Shown: positions 1-8,708 of the stretch, in pieces
Numbering within the stretch: the first letter of the stretch is position 1
How the letters are laid out: every line of letters starts with the position of its first letter
Source: Thermoproteota archaeon
GTDB lineage: Archaea; Thermoproteota; Thermoprotei_A; Sulfolobales; Desulfurococcaceae
DNA length: 47,831 nt
Assembly: GCA_013154205.1 (NCBI GenBank)
Contig: JAADCY010000146.1
Location: forward strand, 1 to 47,831
Direction: 5' to 3'
Translations under genes and position numbers: made by a program
The notes under the pieces: generated by a model
What the model saw: only the letters and a program-made list of their open reading frames with translations
Told to the model about the DNA's origin: nothing
Databases searched by the model: none

Positions 1-1354
1 ATATATCGTAGCTCTGTGTTATTGAGGCATTACCTATGTTTACTATTCCTACGGTTTCTAGGCTTCCATTGTAAGTGAAGAATATATTATAATATTGATT
101 TGTGTAGAATGGTTCATAAATTGCTGTAACTACGAAATTGGTTGTGCCATTATATGTGTTTGTTTCTCCAGCAAGTTTTGTATTATACCATAATGAGAAT
201 GAGTTAGCACCTAACCCTACGTAGCCTTTGCCAAATATTGCGTTGCCATAGTTTCCAGTTACGTTATATGCCTTGATACCCGCAACTACGCCTAGTGTTG
301 AAAAGTCTAATGTGTTTCCACCGAAGTCAATAGTGCTACTACTGGTGTTATAGAAATATGCATTGTATAGGTGTGGTGCTATTATTGTTCCCGGCTCGAT
401 GGTTGCCGTGGTGTTTAGGGCTGTGTAGGTTTGTGTTGTGTCTAGCTGTATCTGTGTTTTGGTGCCTGGTGTTCCGGCTGGTGGGGTTATGTCGATTACG
501 GTTGTTGGGTAGGCGGGTTCTACACGGTACTGTGTGTATGGGTTTTGTTGGCCGTAGAGCATGTAGATGGTGTTTATGCCTGGGTCTAGCTCTACGTCTA
601 CAAGTATGTCTGCTCTTTCTAGTGTTTTGTTGAAGTATAGTATATCGTAGTAGAGCGGGTTGCCGTTCTTGTCTAGGAAGTATATGTCGTTTCCGTCGAT
701 GATGTTGTTCCATGCCCCGAAGTTCGTGCCTGTGAGGCGGAGGAGCACCCATCCCTTATAGGTACCGGTGCTGTATAGCTGGATCATCGAGCCGGTCTTA
801 CCGAACCTTATGAGCCAGAGGCAGAACACGCCGGGTGTGTAGCTCTTGTTGAGCATCATCTCACCGTTCAGGTAGTCGAGGCTGTTGAGGATGGCGTGGC
901 TACCGGTGTAGATCCATAGGCCCGAGTCGTAGTCGAAGTCGTCGTAGGCCGGGAACAATGGTACGGAGCCGCCCGGCGTGGCTATGTAGTCGCTGTACGG
1001 GTTGCCTCCGCCGTAGAACAGCGTGTATGTTTTCGACGCTATGCTTCCGTCGGCCCAGACGGCTAGGGGCGGGTTGGTTGAGAACAGGTAGCTGTAGTAT
1101 GGGTGTCCCTGCTGGTCTACCACGTAGAAGTTGTTCACGGTTACTAGGCCGGGCTGGCTCACGTTGAAGGGTGCGGCGAAGACGCCTACGCCGCCGTACA
1201 TCGTGGTGGGCATCCAGACCGATACGAGGTTGAACTCGGTGCCGCCCGCCGTGCCGGCGGCTACTGGTACTAGTAGGCCGCCAATTATCATGTAGATAAG
1301 CGTGACTATGAATAAGCCGTATAGGAGCTCATAGGCTAGACGGTCTATACGCAT
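1..1354 (-). CDS. Secreted / virion-surface glycoprotein-like protein (C-terminus runs off the left edge)
   Basis: Absent from the ORF track because no stop lies in the window. The reverse strand from ATG at 1354 (MRIDRLAYELLYGLFIVTLIYMIIGGLLVP...) is open for all 451 codons to position 1. N-terminal hydrophobic anchor, then Y/N/G/T-rich sequence with many N-x-S/T sequons (NVS, NKS, NKT, NTT, NVT, NGT, NGS, NAS). TATA-like and GGGGAGAG elements lie upstream at 1355-1400. Confidence 0.8.
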   Translation of the reverse strand, partial: MRIDRLAYELLYGLFIVTLIYMIIGGLLVPVAAGTAGGTEFNLVSVWMPTTMYGGVGVFAAPFNVSQPGLVTVNNFYVVDQQGHPYYSYLFSTNPPLAVWADGSIASKTYTLFYGGGNPYSDYIATPGGSVPLFPAYDDFDYDSGLWIYTGSHAILNSLDYLNGEMMLNKSYTPGVFCLWLIRFGKTGSMIQLYSTGTYKGWVLLRLTGTNFGAWNNIIDGNDIYFLDKNGNPLYYDILYFNKTLERADILVDVELDPGINTIYMLYGQQNPYTQYRVEPAYPTTVIDITPPAGTPGTKTQIQLDTTQTYTALNTTATIEPGTIIAPHLYNAYFYNTSSSTIDFGGNTLDFSTLGVVAGIKAYNVTGNYGNAIFGKGYVGLGANSFSLWYNTKLAGETNTYNGTTNFVVTAIYEPFYTNQYYNIFFTYNGSLETVGIVNIGNASITQSYDI

Positions 1355-1435
1355 ATCTACTCTCCCCTATATAACATATAGGATACAATATATTCTTATT
1401 TATGACCTTCCCGTCCGGAATAGTCATACATAAGT

Positions 1436-1861
1436 ATGTTGGTGTCATCAATAATATTTATAGGAGAAAGTATAAGTGCTGGGTGCATAGTATTGGCTAC
1501 CACTGTCACGAATATTGTTTCACGTGTTGTTGTCCGGAGGCTGGGCGGTAACCCGCCGCGCTTTGTGGCCACACGGTATGTCACATATAATATTACGAAG
1601 TATGCTAGTGCTCCTAAGATGATTATCAGCACGCTTATCACGAACGTTATATCTAAGATAACGGCTGTTAAGATAAACTATTATCTCGGCTCCGACATCT
1701 ATACGAGCATCACGATACCCACCAGTATAACGACCACGAAGCCCGTCACGCATATTGTGACTAAGATTGTGAGCCAGCCCGGTACAGGTGGTTCATCGTC
1801 CTCGCAGAGCACATCGGGGACGGGGACGAGACAGCATAGGGGTACAGCCATACCCACATAA
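1436..1861 (+). CDS. VT-repeat family protein (paralog 1 of 4)
   Basis: ORF track. Repeated [VI]T-x-x-[VI] motifs (VTNIVSRVV, ATRYVTYNITKY, ITNVISKITAV, KPVTHIVTKIV) followed by a G/S-rich tail. Resembles 14567..14884, 17439..17681 and 18493..18990. Preferred over antisense 1396..1641 because it lies downstream of the divergent TATA region 1355-1435. Confidence 0.55.
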   Translation: MLVSSIIFIGESISAGCIVLATTVTNIVSRVVVRRLGGNPPRFVATRYVTYNITKYASAPKMIISTLITNVISKITAVKINYYLGSDIYTSITIPTSITTTKPVTHIVTKIVSQPGTGGSSSSQSTSGTGTRQHRGTAIPT

Positions 1862-1876
1862 CGGGGGTGAACATGT

Positions 1877-2833
1877 ATGAGTATGTTGGCCGAGCTCCGT
1901 AAAGCCCTTGAAAAACTCATGAGCACGAGGCAGACCGTCACGAATACTGGGGAGACCGTTAGGGTGACCGGGTACACGCCGAGCGGTAGCCTCAGCAACC
2001 AAGATCTAGCCTCAAGCATAAACACGTTGGCCGAGAAAATAGCGGGTCAGCTAGCGAAGCTCTATGAGAACCCCGACCTCAACGGGTTCAACAACCTGGA
2101 GCAGTGGCTGTCAAGCCTCCGCTCCCGCAACCCCTACCAGTACGAGCTCCTCATCAAGACTGTATCGCATCTCGTGAGCGGGAAGCCCTACTACACGGTC
2201 TGGGAGACACTGATAACGACCGGTGACCCGCATCAGGCCTATAATGTTGCTAAGGGGATCAAGGAGCGTTTGAAGAAGATGGAGAGTGTTAAGAAGCTTG
2301 AGAAGATACTGCCGCCGCAGGAGATCAAGATGGTTGTGAACAGTAAGGGAGAGGTAGACCCGGAGAAGCTGGCGGAGCTGATTAAGAAGCGTATTGAGAG
2401 CATGCTGTACCGGCATAAGGGTATGATTAATGAGCAGAGCCTTATGCAGGGCTTAGAAGAGGTGCGTAAGCTTATACATATTGGTGTGAGCATGGCTGGT
2501 GACCGTAAAGAGGCTTGGAAGACCATTATTGAGAAGGTGGGCGGACGTGAGGCTGGTGCTGGTAAGCTCCAGCTCATCTTGAAGCGTGTAGCGATGGGTG
2601 ATATGAAGACGGCTTTGAAGATGATCACTAGTATGAGCCACGGCAAGCCCACAGCAGTATCGGCAAAACAGAGTTCGCAGGAGCTACACATGGCTGTCCA
2701 TGGCGGGAAAAAAGAGGAAAACAGTAGTGGTGAGTCCAGTAATTTTCGTTCTCATGTGGCTGAACGCATAGTCAATATGGCTAAGAATATTGAGAAACCG
2801 CCTATGGTTAAAAAGCCTATAAGCATGGCCTAG
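1877..2833 (+). CDS. Helical, K/E-rich hypothetical protein
   Basis: ORF track, 318 aa of ordinary protein-like composition. The N-terminus MLAELRKALEKL resembles the C-terminal helix of the VT paralog 17439..17681 (SSEELARVLKKL). Confidence 0.75.
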   Translation: MSMLAELRKALEKLMSTRQTVTNTGETVRVTGYTPSGSLSNQDLASSINTLAEKIAGQLAKLYENPDLNGFNNLEQWLSSLRSRNPYQYELLIKTVSHLVSGKPYYTVWETLITTGDPHQAYNVAKGIKERLKKMESVKKLEKILPPQEIKMVVNSKGEVDPEKLAELIKKRIESMLYRHKGMINEQSLMQGLEEVRKLIHIGVSMAGDRKEAWKTIIEKVGGREAGAGKLQLILKRVAMGDMKTALKMITSMSHGKPTAVSAKQSSQELHMAVHGGKKEENSSGESSNFRSHVAERIVNMAKNIEKPPMVKKPISMA

Positions 2834-3054
2834 GTGGTTAGAACCAATAAGCGTTTTTTACCCCGTTGCCTCTCCCTCCTCATAACACGTATATGGCCCG
2901 AGAAATCCACGTAGACTATTTCCTCGGGCGTGATACGTATAAGCCTACGGACTAGGAGCTCCTTCCCATCCACTAGTATTCTGAGTACCCGTGGCCCAAT
3001 ACCAGTGGTTTGTCCTTGTTTCTGCCTCTTCCTATGCAGTAGCCCGAGAACCAT
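2830..3054 (-). CDS. Small basic hypothetical protein
   Basis: ORF track, 74 aa. ATG lies 6 nt after the stop of 3061..3315 (operon). Its end overlaps 1877..2833 convergently by 4 nt. Confidence 0.5.
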   Translation of the reverse strand: MVLGLLHRKRQKQGQTTGIGPRVLRILVDGKELLVRRLIRITPEEIVYVDFSGHIRVMRRERQRGKKRLLVLTT

Positions 3055-3060
3055 AGTGTC

Positions 3061-3315
3061 TCACCTCTTCTTGATATGGATGCTGTAGACAAGTAGTACG
3101 GCTATGACTATCAATGCCCCAATAATAAATGTTGGAGCCAATGCTGAGGTAGCCGTGTTCTCGTAGCTGTTCACGGGCTGTGTGCCGAAGGCGGTGGCCA
3201 TGTAGTCGCTTGCCACATGGATGCTGGAGACAATTATGTCTGCTAATAGTATCAGGGCTATTATTATGAAGCCGGCCACTATAGCGTATAGTATCGGTTT
3301 GAGCATGGCTACCAC
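3061..3315 (-). CDS. Small two-TM membrane protein
   Basis: ORF track, 84 aa with two long hydrophobic segments (ILYAIVAGFIIIALILLADIIV; FIIGALIVIAVLLVY). Overlaps the upstream gene end at 3309-3315. Confidence 0.65.
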   Translation of the reverse strand: MVAMLKPILYAIVAGFIIIALILLADIIVSSIHVASDYMATAFGTQPVNSYENTATSALAPTFIIGALIVIAVLLVYSIHIKKR

Positions 3316-3563
3316 CCGGAGCTAGTTCTTTCACGTATGCTACTGGCAACTATTAATGCGTATAGTATGAACACTATACCGCCTATTACTCCTACGAACA
3401 TCGCCCATATTAGTGGGCCGTTGGGGTTGAAGCCGGGCAGTGGCTTTATCCCGACGAGGCTGAACACGTGCCATATACCGTTATTTGCTGTGGCTACTAG
3501 GTCTATTATTGCTCCAGCTATGATTGTCAGTATTATGAGTATTATTATCCATATTATCCTCAA
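3309..3563 (-). CDS. Small membrane protein
   Basis: ORF track, 84 aa with hydrophobic helices (IIWIIILIILTIIAGAII; IWAMFVGVIGGIVFILYALIV). Preferred over the antisense 3337..3675. Confidence 0.65.
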   Translation of the reverse strand: MRIIWIIILIILTIIAGAIIDLVATANNGIWHVFSLVGIKPLPGFNPNGPLIWAMFVGVIGGIVFILYALIVASSIRERTSSGW

Positions 3564-3703
3564 ATCTACACCCTCCCCCTATACTATATTTTCTAGAACC
3601 ACGTATTTAATGATGAGGCTAAAGAGCTACGATGAGTCACGCTTATATATTGTGTTTGTACGATACTATTCTTGAACAACGAATCGTATTCGGGGTATGA
3701 ATC

Positions 3704-3859
3704 ATGGCCAGAATACACAAGACCAGGTACACACGTGCCGAGTGGCAGAGAATCTTCGCCCAAGCAGTAAGATACTGTGCAGAACTAAGGAGAACCGGTA
3801 AGATCGGGCCCCACGAGTACAGAGAGTGTATAAGCAGACAGCTCAGAGCCCACGAGTAA
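3704..3859 (+). CDS. Small basic protein, 51 aa (below track cutoff)
   Basis: My own translation: ATG 3704 gives MARIHKTRYTRAEWQRIFAQAVRYCAELRRTGKIGPHEYRECISRQLRAHE, stop TAA 3857-3859. Followed by an inverted repeat and a T-run. Confidence 0.4.
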   Translation: MARIHKTRYTRAEWQRIFAQAVRYCAELRRTGKIGPHEYRECISRQLRAHE

Positions 3860-3910
3860 CCAGGGGCCCGGTCTTACCGGCCACTACTCTATTAAAAATA
3901 ATTGTTTTTT
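3795..3910. terminator. Convergent-gene terminator region: 18-bp inverted repeat plus T-runs
   Basis: CCGGTAAGATCGGGCCCC (3795-3812) pairs with GGGGCCCGGTCTTACCGG (3863-3880), 17 of 18 complementary. A T6 run lies at 3905-3910, between convergent 3704..3859 (+) and 3915..4709 (-). Confidence 0.4.
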
Positions 3911-3914
3911 ATGC

Positions 3915-4709
3915 CTAGAACCTTTTCTCCCTCCTAACACACAGTATCACAGGATAGATCACAGCTCTTATTGTTAAGGGGCATAGGAGCCAGCACATGT
4001 GGTGGTAAAACAACGGTGATAGACACGTATTCGTAAGTGGCGCCTGATAATAATCTACCAGGTTAGCCGCTAACGTGACAATGACTAGGAATACAATGCT
4101 TTTCTTACCCCGTCTCAATATATCGGGCTTCATTACTAGGGCTATCCATGGTGTCCATAGCTTCATATGTATGAGGTAGCCGGGGAGGCTCCACGACCTT
4201 ATAATATTGTCTAGCTCGCGGTAGTCGGCTATCCATTCCGTGTAGAATGCTCCGGCTAGTAGGTAGTGGCCTAGGCTTGAGCGCCACAGGTATATTGAGA
4301 GTATGGTTGCCCCTATGAGGTAGAACAGTATCGGCGGGGTACCTCCCCTATCCACATAGTATGTCGTGTTGCGAATGGCTAGTATGGCGGCTAGTACTGT
4401 CGGGTAGAGTATTTTCACCGCCTGTGTTACACGGTAGCTAGGCTTGACGAGGTAGGTTGTCACGAAGCCGAGCACCAGCACCGTGTATATGCCTATGTCT
4501 TCCAGCAACGGGATCGCTCCGGGCAGGCTCCATGAGAGCACTGGTACCTCGTAGAGCAGGTAGCTGGTACTAAACATCAATGCCAGCACGGGTAGATAGT
4601 CCCGGAAGCGGCGTCCATGGAAGAACCGTGCCCCCACATATATCATTACTAGTGCAACCAAGCTCATAATGTTTACCATGACGCCGTAGACGAAGAGACG
4701 GTCTACCAT
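3915..4709 (-). CDS. Multi-pass membrane protein
   Basis: ORF track 3915..4781. I place the start at the internal MVDRLFVY (ATG at 4709) because ATGGTAG overlaps the TAG stop of 4703..6079, a typical coupled start. At least 6 hydrophobic segments. Confidence 0.7.
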   Translation of the reverse strand: MVDRLFVYGVMVNIMSLVALVMIYVGARFFHGRRFRDYLPVLALMFSTSYLLYEVPVLSWSLPGAIPLLEDIGIYTVLVLGFVTTYLVKPSYRVTQAVKILYPTVLAAILAIRNTTYYVDRGGTPPILFYLIGATILSIYLWRSSLGHYLLAGAFYTEWIADYRELDNIIRSWSLPGYLIHMKLWTPWIALVMKPDILRRGKKSIVFLVIVTLAANLVDYYQAPLTNTCLSPLFYHHMCWLLCPLTIRAVIYPVILCVRREKRF

Positions 4710-6079
4710 GCCGATGCACCCGCGAACAGTCTTACTACCTCGCCCGTCGAGCGGGCCACATGCTTCCTCATCTTTTTCCACACGCTTGGATGGTAGCGGT
4801 TATATGGGTGTATCCACCGCCTATCAAGGAGCACCATTATGTGTTTCTGTGTACGCATACGGTTGTAGCGGTAGAGGCTCTGCAGGTTAGCCGCGTCGCG
4901 TTGCTCCATATAGTATTTAGACACGGCGTCAGCGTCCACATTTCCCATCATCATCAGTATCCCAGGGTTAATATCTTGAGGCATGCCGCCCTGGTAGAAC
5001 GCTATGACTACGGGTATGTCACGCCCTAGGTTCTTGTTGATTATGCTTACCCCACGGTACCATTTCCCCTTAGGCACTAGGATATAGACGTTGGCGTGGG
5101 GGCTTGGGAGATGGTCATGTGTTTCGCTTGATACTTTGAAGCCTACCTCTACTAGGCGCTCATAGAGGTGTTGGGCGTGGTTCTTGTTTTTTGCTACTAT
5201 GCCTACTGCCCCATATTCCTCTACGGCTTTCTCTACGAGGTCTAGTGTTAGGCCGGTATAGTCTTGGGCGTGTGTGGAGGGTATTATCTTGTTGTAGAGT
5301 ATAACTGTGTCTTGTACGCTCCGTGGTTTTAGCCGGACATAGGGTATTGAGCCGTATATGGTCTCCATGACGCTGTATAGTGTGCGGGGGAGTGTGGCGC
5401 TTATCAGTATGCTGTTCATGTAGAGCCTTAAGGTGTCGGGCCGGGGGTATAGGTAGTGGTTTACCCGTATGTAGAAGCGTTTCAGCCTTTCATAGACCTC
5501 GGGGTATTCTTTCTTAAGTAGCAAGGCTTCCTCGACCGGTATAGCATGGCTTAATGTTTCCAAATAGTCCTCGGCCTCGTCGAATATGATGGTGTACCTC
5601 ATCTTGGAGCCCATAGCGAGCAGGGCCGTGAACAATGATAGCGTATGTGTTGAGACCACCAATCTTGTGTCGTCGCGGAGCTCGACATAGTTTTTCAGAG
5701 AAGCCACGTGTTTACGGTAGTGGCATGGCTCCCCGCTCTCAATATGTTGTTGGAGCGCTACGTGATAGGATAGATTCTTATACTCGCTTGTCTCCTTCAA
5801 CCGTTTCTGCAGTGCCTCGCATACTTCGTCGTGGGCGTGCTGTATGAACACCTTATCCATGCCTATGAGCTCATTCATCCACACATCGGCTACGAAGTCC
5901 CGTAGCTTTCTCAGTGGGGCGGCATAGATGTATAGTACCCGGGGACGTTCTTTCTCCACGGCTTTCTTGACAAGGCTCAGCGTGTGTTTTGTCTTGCCGC
6001 CACCGAAGAAGCCTAGTACTAGGCCTTTGAGCTCGCCGTACACTATGCCGTACAGTGCCTTGGGTGCTCGCTGGATCAC
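4703..6079 (-). CDS. SF2 helicase-like P-loop ATPase
   Basis: Walker A GFFGGGKTKHT, Walker B IIFDEAED, motif III ILISATLP, and a C-terminal helicase-like half (VGIVAKNKNHAQHLYERLVEVGF). Confidence 0.75.
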   Translation of the reverse strand: MIQRAPKALYGIVYGELKGLVLGFFGGGKTKHTLSLVKKAVEKERPRVLYIYAAPLRKLRDFVADVWMNELIGMDKVFIQHAHDEVCEALQKRLKETSEYKNLSYHVALQQHIESGEPCHYRKHVASLKNYVELRDDTRLVVSTHTLSLFTALLAMGSKMRYTIIFDEAEDYLETLSHAIPVEEALLLKKEYPEVYERLKRFYIRVNHYLYPRPDTLRLYMNSILISATLPRTLYSVMETIYGSIPYVRLKPRSVQDTVILYNKIIPSTHAQDYTGLTLDLVEKAVEEYGAVGIVAKNKNHAQHLYERLVEVGFKVSSETHDHLPSPHANVYILVPKGKWYRGVSIINKNLGRDIPVVIAFYQGGMPQDINPGILMMMGNVDADAVSKYYMEQRDAANLQSLYRYNRMRTQKHIMVLLDRRWIHPYNRYHPSVWKKMRKHVARSTGEVVRLFAGASAW

Positions 6080-6999
6080 TGCTTGGCACCGGTGATCCTT
6101 GATAGGATGCTGTAGACCGTGTCACGGGTTATGATCATGAGCTTCTTGGCTAGCTGGTACCTTGCTATCTGGGCCATGGCTTCCCGTGTGTCACGTAGGC
6201 TCTGTACTAGTAGTTCTCCGTTCTCGGTCTTGGCCACGTATAGGAGCTGTGGATATGTGATGGTCTCCGTGAAGTAGCTGGGAGGTAGCAACCGCTGGAT
6301 CACCATGTCACGGGTTCCGATTGTTAGGAACGGGTAGATGTCGAAGAGCCTGTGCATACTGGTTACTAGGTTGAATACACGGTGCAGTACTAGGGTGTCG
6401 GTGACGTATTTCCAGTCGAGATAGTGTTGCTCGTAATCATAGTGCTGGCCGGTCTTGAGGAACTTGGCTGTGAGGTACTGTATCTTGTAGGTGTGTCGTA
6501 GGTAGTGGTTGAGTGGTTCTTCGAGGCTTAGGTCTATTAGGCGTTTATACATGTAGAGCATGAACACGACGGCTTTTCCGGGCGTTAGGTTTTCGGGTAT
6601 CGGTATGTTAAGGCTTGTGATGATTATGGGTTCTGGGTTCGTCATTGTTTTGAGACGGTATCCGTAGAGCATTAGCTGGGCGTCTATCCACGGCTTTATC
6701 TTTGATAGGGGCTGTGGCTCGCCCTGCTCCACATACTTATCCCTTACACTATCCGGTATCTTGTGCTGAGATACTATCAAGTGGTCTAGTGGTTCCAGGG
6801 GATACGTCCTTGGATCCTCTACTACCTCGTCCTCCACATCCACGACAAAGGGGACGATTAGGAAGCCGTTTACCCCGTCCAAGGTATAGGCGGTAGCGGC
6901 TCCCCCGTATATCCTCTTATAGCCACGTACACGACTAATACAGTAGGCATAGTCGTCACGGATGACCAAATAGTATGTGTTGCCACGATACAGCATCAC
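6076..6999 (-). CDS. Hypothetical protein
   Basis: ORF track, 307 aa. 4-nt start/stop overlaps with both neighbours. Confidence 0.7.
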   Translation of the reverse strand: MMLYRGNTYYLVIRDDYAYCISRVRGYKRIYGGAATAYTLDGVNGFLIVPFVVDVEDEVVEDPRTYPLEPLDHLIVSQHKIPDSVRDKYVEQGEPQPLSKIKPWIDAQLMLYGYRLKTMTNPEPIIITSLNIPIPENLTPGKAVVFMLYMYKRLIDLSLEEPLNHYLRHTYKIQYLTAKFLKTGQHYDYEQHYLDWKYVTDTLVLHRVFNLVTSMHRLFDIYPFLTIGTRDMVIQRLLPPSYFTETITYPQLLYVAKTENGELLVQSLRDTREAMAQIARYQLAKKLMIITRDTVYSILSRITGAKQ

Positions 7000-7991
7000 T
7001 GGCTACCAGCCTCTCCAAGCTTTTCTAGATACAGTGCTATCCGACGCTTGACCTCATCAGCCGTGATGCCCCTTTCATCCGCGTACTTCTGTATCCTCTC
7101 AACGATCTCCTCGCCCAGCGCCTTATCCTTTGTTTTCTGGAACTGGATTATCATGTCCGCTATGATCTTTATCTCCGGATCACGCTCAACTGGGTATTCC
7201 TCGGAACCACCGCTATCTACCACGCTATCCACAGAGCTACCAGTATCCTCGTCGGTTTTCTCCTCCTCGTGCTCATGGCTATCCACACTGCTATCCAGAC
7301 TACTAGCTATCAGCTCCGAGTCCTCCCCAGACACCAATGGCTCCCCGCTTACCTCTTCCTCCTCCTTCTGCTCGACCACGAACTTGAACGGGAACAACGC
7401 CACGTCCACGAGAACACGTCGTGTACCTAGCCCGTAGGGTGCTGAGAGGGGCACCATGATCATCTTGGCCCTAACGGTTACGGGGCCGCGGAAGCCCTGC
7501 CTTATAGCGTCCGCGTAGAGCTCGTTGAGATAACTGGCCAAGTCCTGAGCATTAGTTGTGCCACGTACATAGTTTACATAGATTATTGTCTCGGGCTGGA
7601 AAACACGGAGAAACGGGGATCCATCCACGGCGTTCTCGGGGTAAAATGTTTCAAGCACGTTTATTTCGAGCTTGGAGAAACGTGTGCTTATCTCGCAGAG
7701 GTAATGCGGTATTTTCTCGGGCTCCACATACTCGATCTTCTCCACATCAATAATACGTGTGCCCACCACGACAGCATAGAGCCTTGGTATCTTGTTCTCA
7801 CTATGAGCCTCCAATATGAGATCGTATAGGTCTGGCTGGGCGATATACTGCATGGCGTTCTCAAAAGCAATAACCACGTTGAAAGGCCTTGTATCAATAA
7901 TGGTTAGGACACGTTTACGGGCGTTACGGGGATATTGTTTCTGCTTAGAGACCACGCCTTGGGGCGTTATGGCTTCTCGCTTGAACGGCAT
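6996..7991 (-). CDS. Hypothetical protein with acidic S/D/E-rich linker
   Basis: ORF track, 331 aa with an acidic low-complexity stretch (EEEEVSGEPLVSGEDSE...HEHEEEKTDEDTGSS). GGGGTGA lies upstream of the ATG. Confidence 0.7.
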   Translation of the reverse strand: MPFKREAITPQGVVSKQKQYPRNARKRVLTIIDTRPFNVVIAFENAMQYIAQPDLYDLILEAHSENKIPRLYAVVVGTRIIDVEKIEYVEPEKIPHYLCEISTRFSKLEINVLETFYPENAVDGSPFLRVFQPETIIYVNYVRGTTNAQDLASYLNELYADAIRQGFRGPVTVRAKMIMVPLSAPYGLGTRRVLVDVALFPFKFVVEQKEEEEVSGEPLVSGEDSELIASSLDSSVDSHEHEEEKTDEDTGSSVDSVVDSGGSEEYPVERDPEIKIIADMIIQFQKTKDKALGEEIVERIQKYADERGITADEVKRRIALYLEKLGEAGSQ

Positions 7992-8007
7992 AGTGTCACC
8001 CCATGGG

Positions 8008-8136
8008 TTATTCCTGGTCTAGGAGCTTCTTGCGGATGAGCTCGGCCCATGAACGAGCGCCTACCCGGTGCTTGAGCCGTAGGAGCTTGAAATACTCTTC
8101 CTCGTCTAGGTCTCGGACTATGATGGTCTTGCTCAC
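8008..8136 (-). CDS. Ribbon-helix-helix (CopG/Arc-like) mini-regulator, 42 aa, GTG start
   Basis: My own translation: (V)SKTIIVRDLDEEEYFKLLRLKHRVGARSWAELIRKKLLDQE, a beta strand followed by two helices typical of RHH. An alternative GTG start lies at 8145. First gene of the leftward operon, 16 nt upstream of 6996..7991. The overlapping track ORF 7967..8149 looks spurious. Confidence 0.55.
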   Translation of the reverse strand: MSKTIIVRDLDEEEYFKLLRLKHRVGARSWAELIRKKLLDQE

Positions 8137-8239
8137 GGCTTCCACCCAAGGAGTGATAGTGATTCAGTGTTTCACCGTATCATAATATAGGCTCCCAGAC
8201 AATATATAAACCTGAGATAACCAAGGGTTCACAACCCAC

Positions 8240-8252
8240 ATTTCCACTGGAG
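8240..8252 (-). promoter_or_regulatory. ORB-like box (CTCCAGTGGAAAT on the minus strand) in a divergent promoter
   Basis: Plus strand reads ATTTCCACTGGAG. The minus-strand reading CTCCAGTGGAAATGTGGGTTGTG parallels box 5 of the hub (TTCCAGTGGAAATAGGGGTTCTT). It lies just upstream of the TATA-like CTTAAATAA of gene 8304. Confidence 0.6.
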
Positions 8253-8303
8253 AAAAGCCACGCTTAAATAACAAAGAAAAACAAACAAATAAACGGTGAA
8301 ACA

Positions 8304-8708
8304 ATGACAACCATATTCAAACCAGCAGATAAAAAACTACCATACCAGTACGAGGCCGAATTCAACTCAAAAACACAAATAAAAACCAGATACGGCTACG
8401 GCCTTAGATTCCTAGAGCTATGGTTCCCGAAAAACATGGATCTAGAGACCGTGAAATACTATGTAGCATATATAGGCAACTACCTAGCAAAACATGGCAT
8501 AGACAGTTATGCCTCAATATATGTTCCAAACAAATACGGTTTCCGCAGAGTATTATTCAGTCTCAACTGGCCTAAAGGAGTACGTGGTCTCAACAAAATA
8601 GTATATGATATTTTGAGAAAACTGAAAGAAAAGGGTGTCAAGGGAGAGTTTACAGCAGTAGACTATCATAGCTGGTCAGGGCAAAAAGTTTTGTATAGTA
8701 CGTGGTGA
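8304..8708 (+). CDS. Hypothetical protein
   Basis: ORF track, 134 aa. GGTGA lies 6 nt upstream of the ATG. Confidence 0.7.
   Translation: MTTIFKPADKKLPYQYEAEFNSKTQIKTRYGYGLRFLELWFPKNMDLETVKYYVAYIGNYLAKHGIDSYASIYVPNKYGFRRVLFSLNWPKGVRGLNKIVYDILRKLKEKGVKGEFTAVDYHSWSGQKVLYSTW

Noticed and set aside
348-1167. Track ORFs 348..752 (-), 358..633 (+) and 958..1167 (+).
   Set aside because: All lie inside the 451-codon open frame 1..1354 (-). Their translations are H/R/P- or C/L/V/R-rich, which is typical of off-frame reading of skewed DNA.
1859-1879. Read-through or fusion of 1436..1861 with 1877..2833. They share a reading frame, and the tail helix homology suggests an ancestral fusion.
   Set aside because: Two in-frame stops (TAA 1859-1861, TGA 1868-1870) separate them, so simple read-through is implausible. 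I note it only as evolutionary fission.
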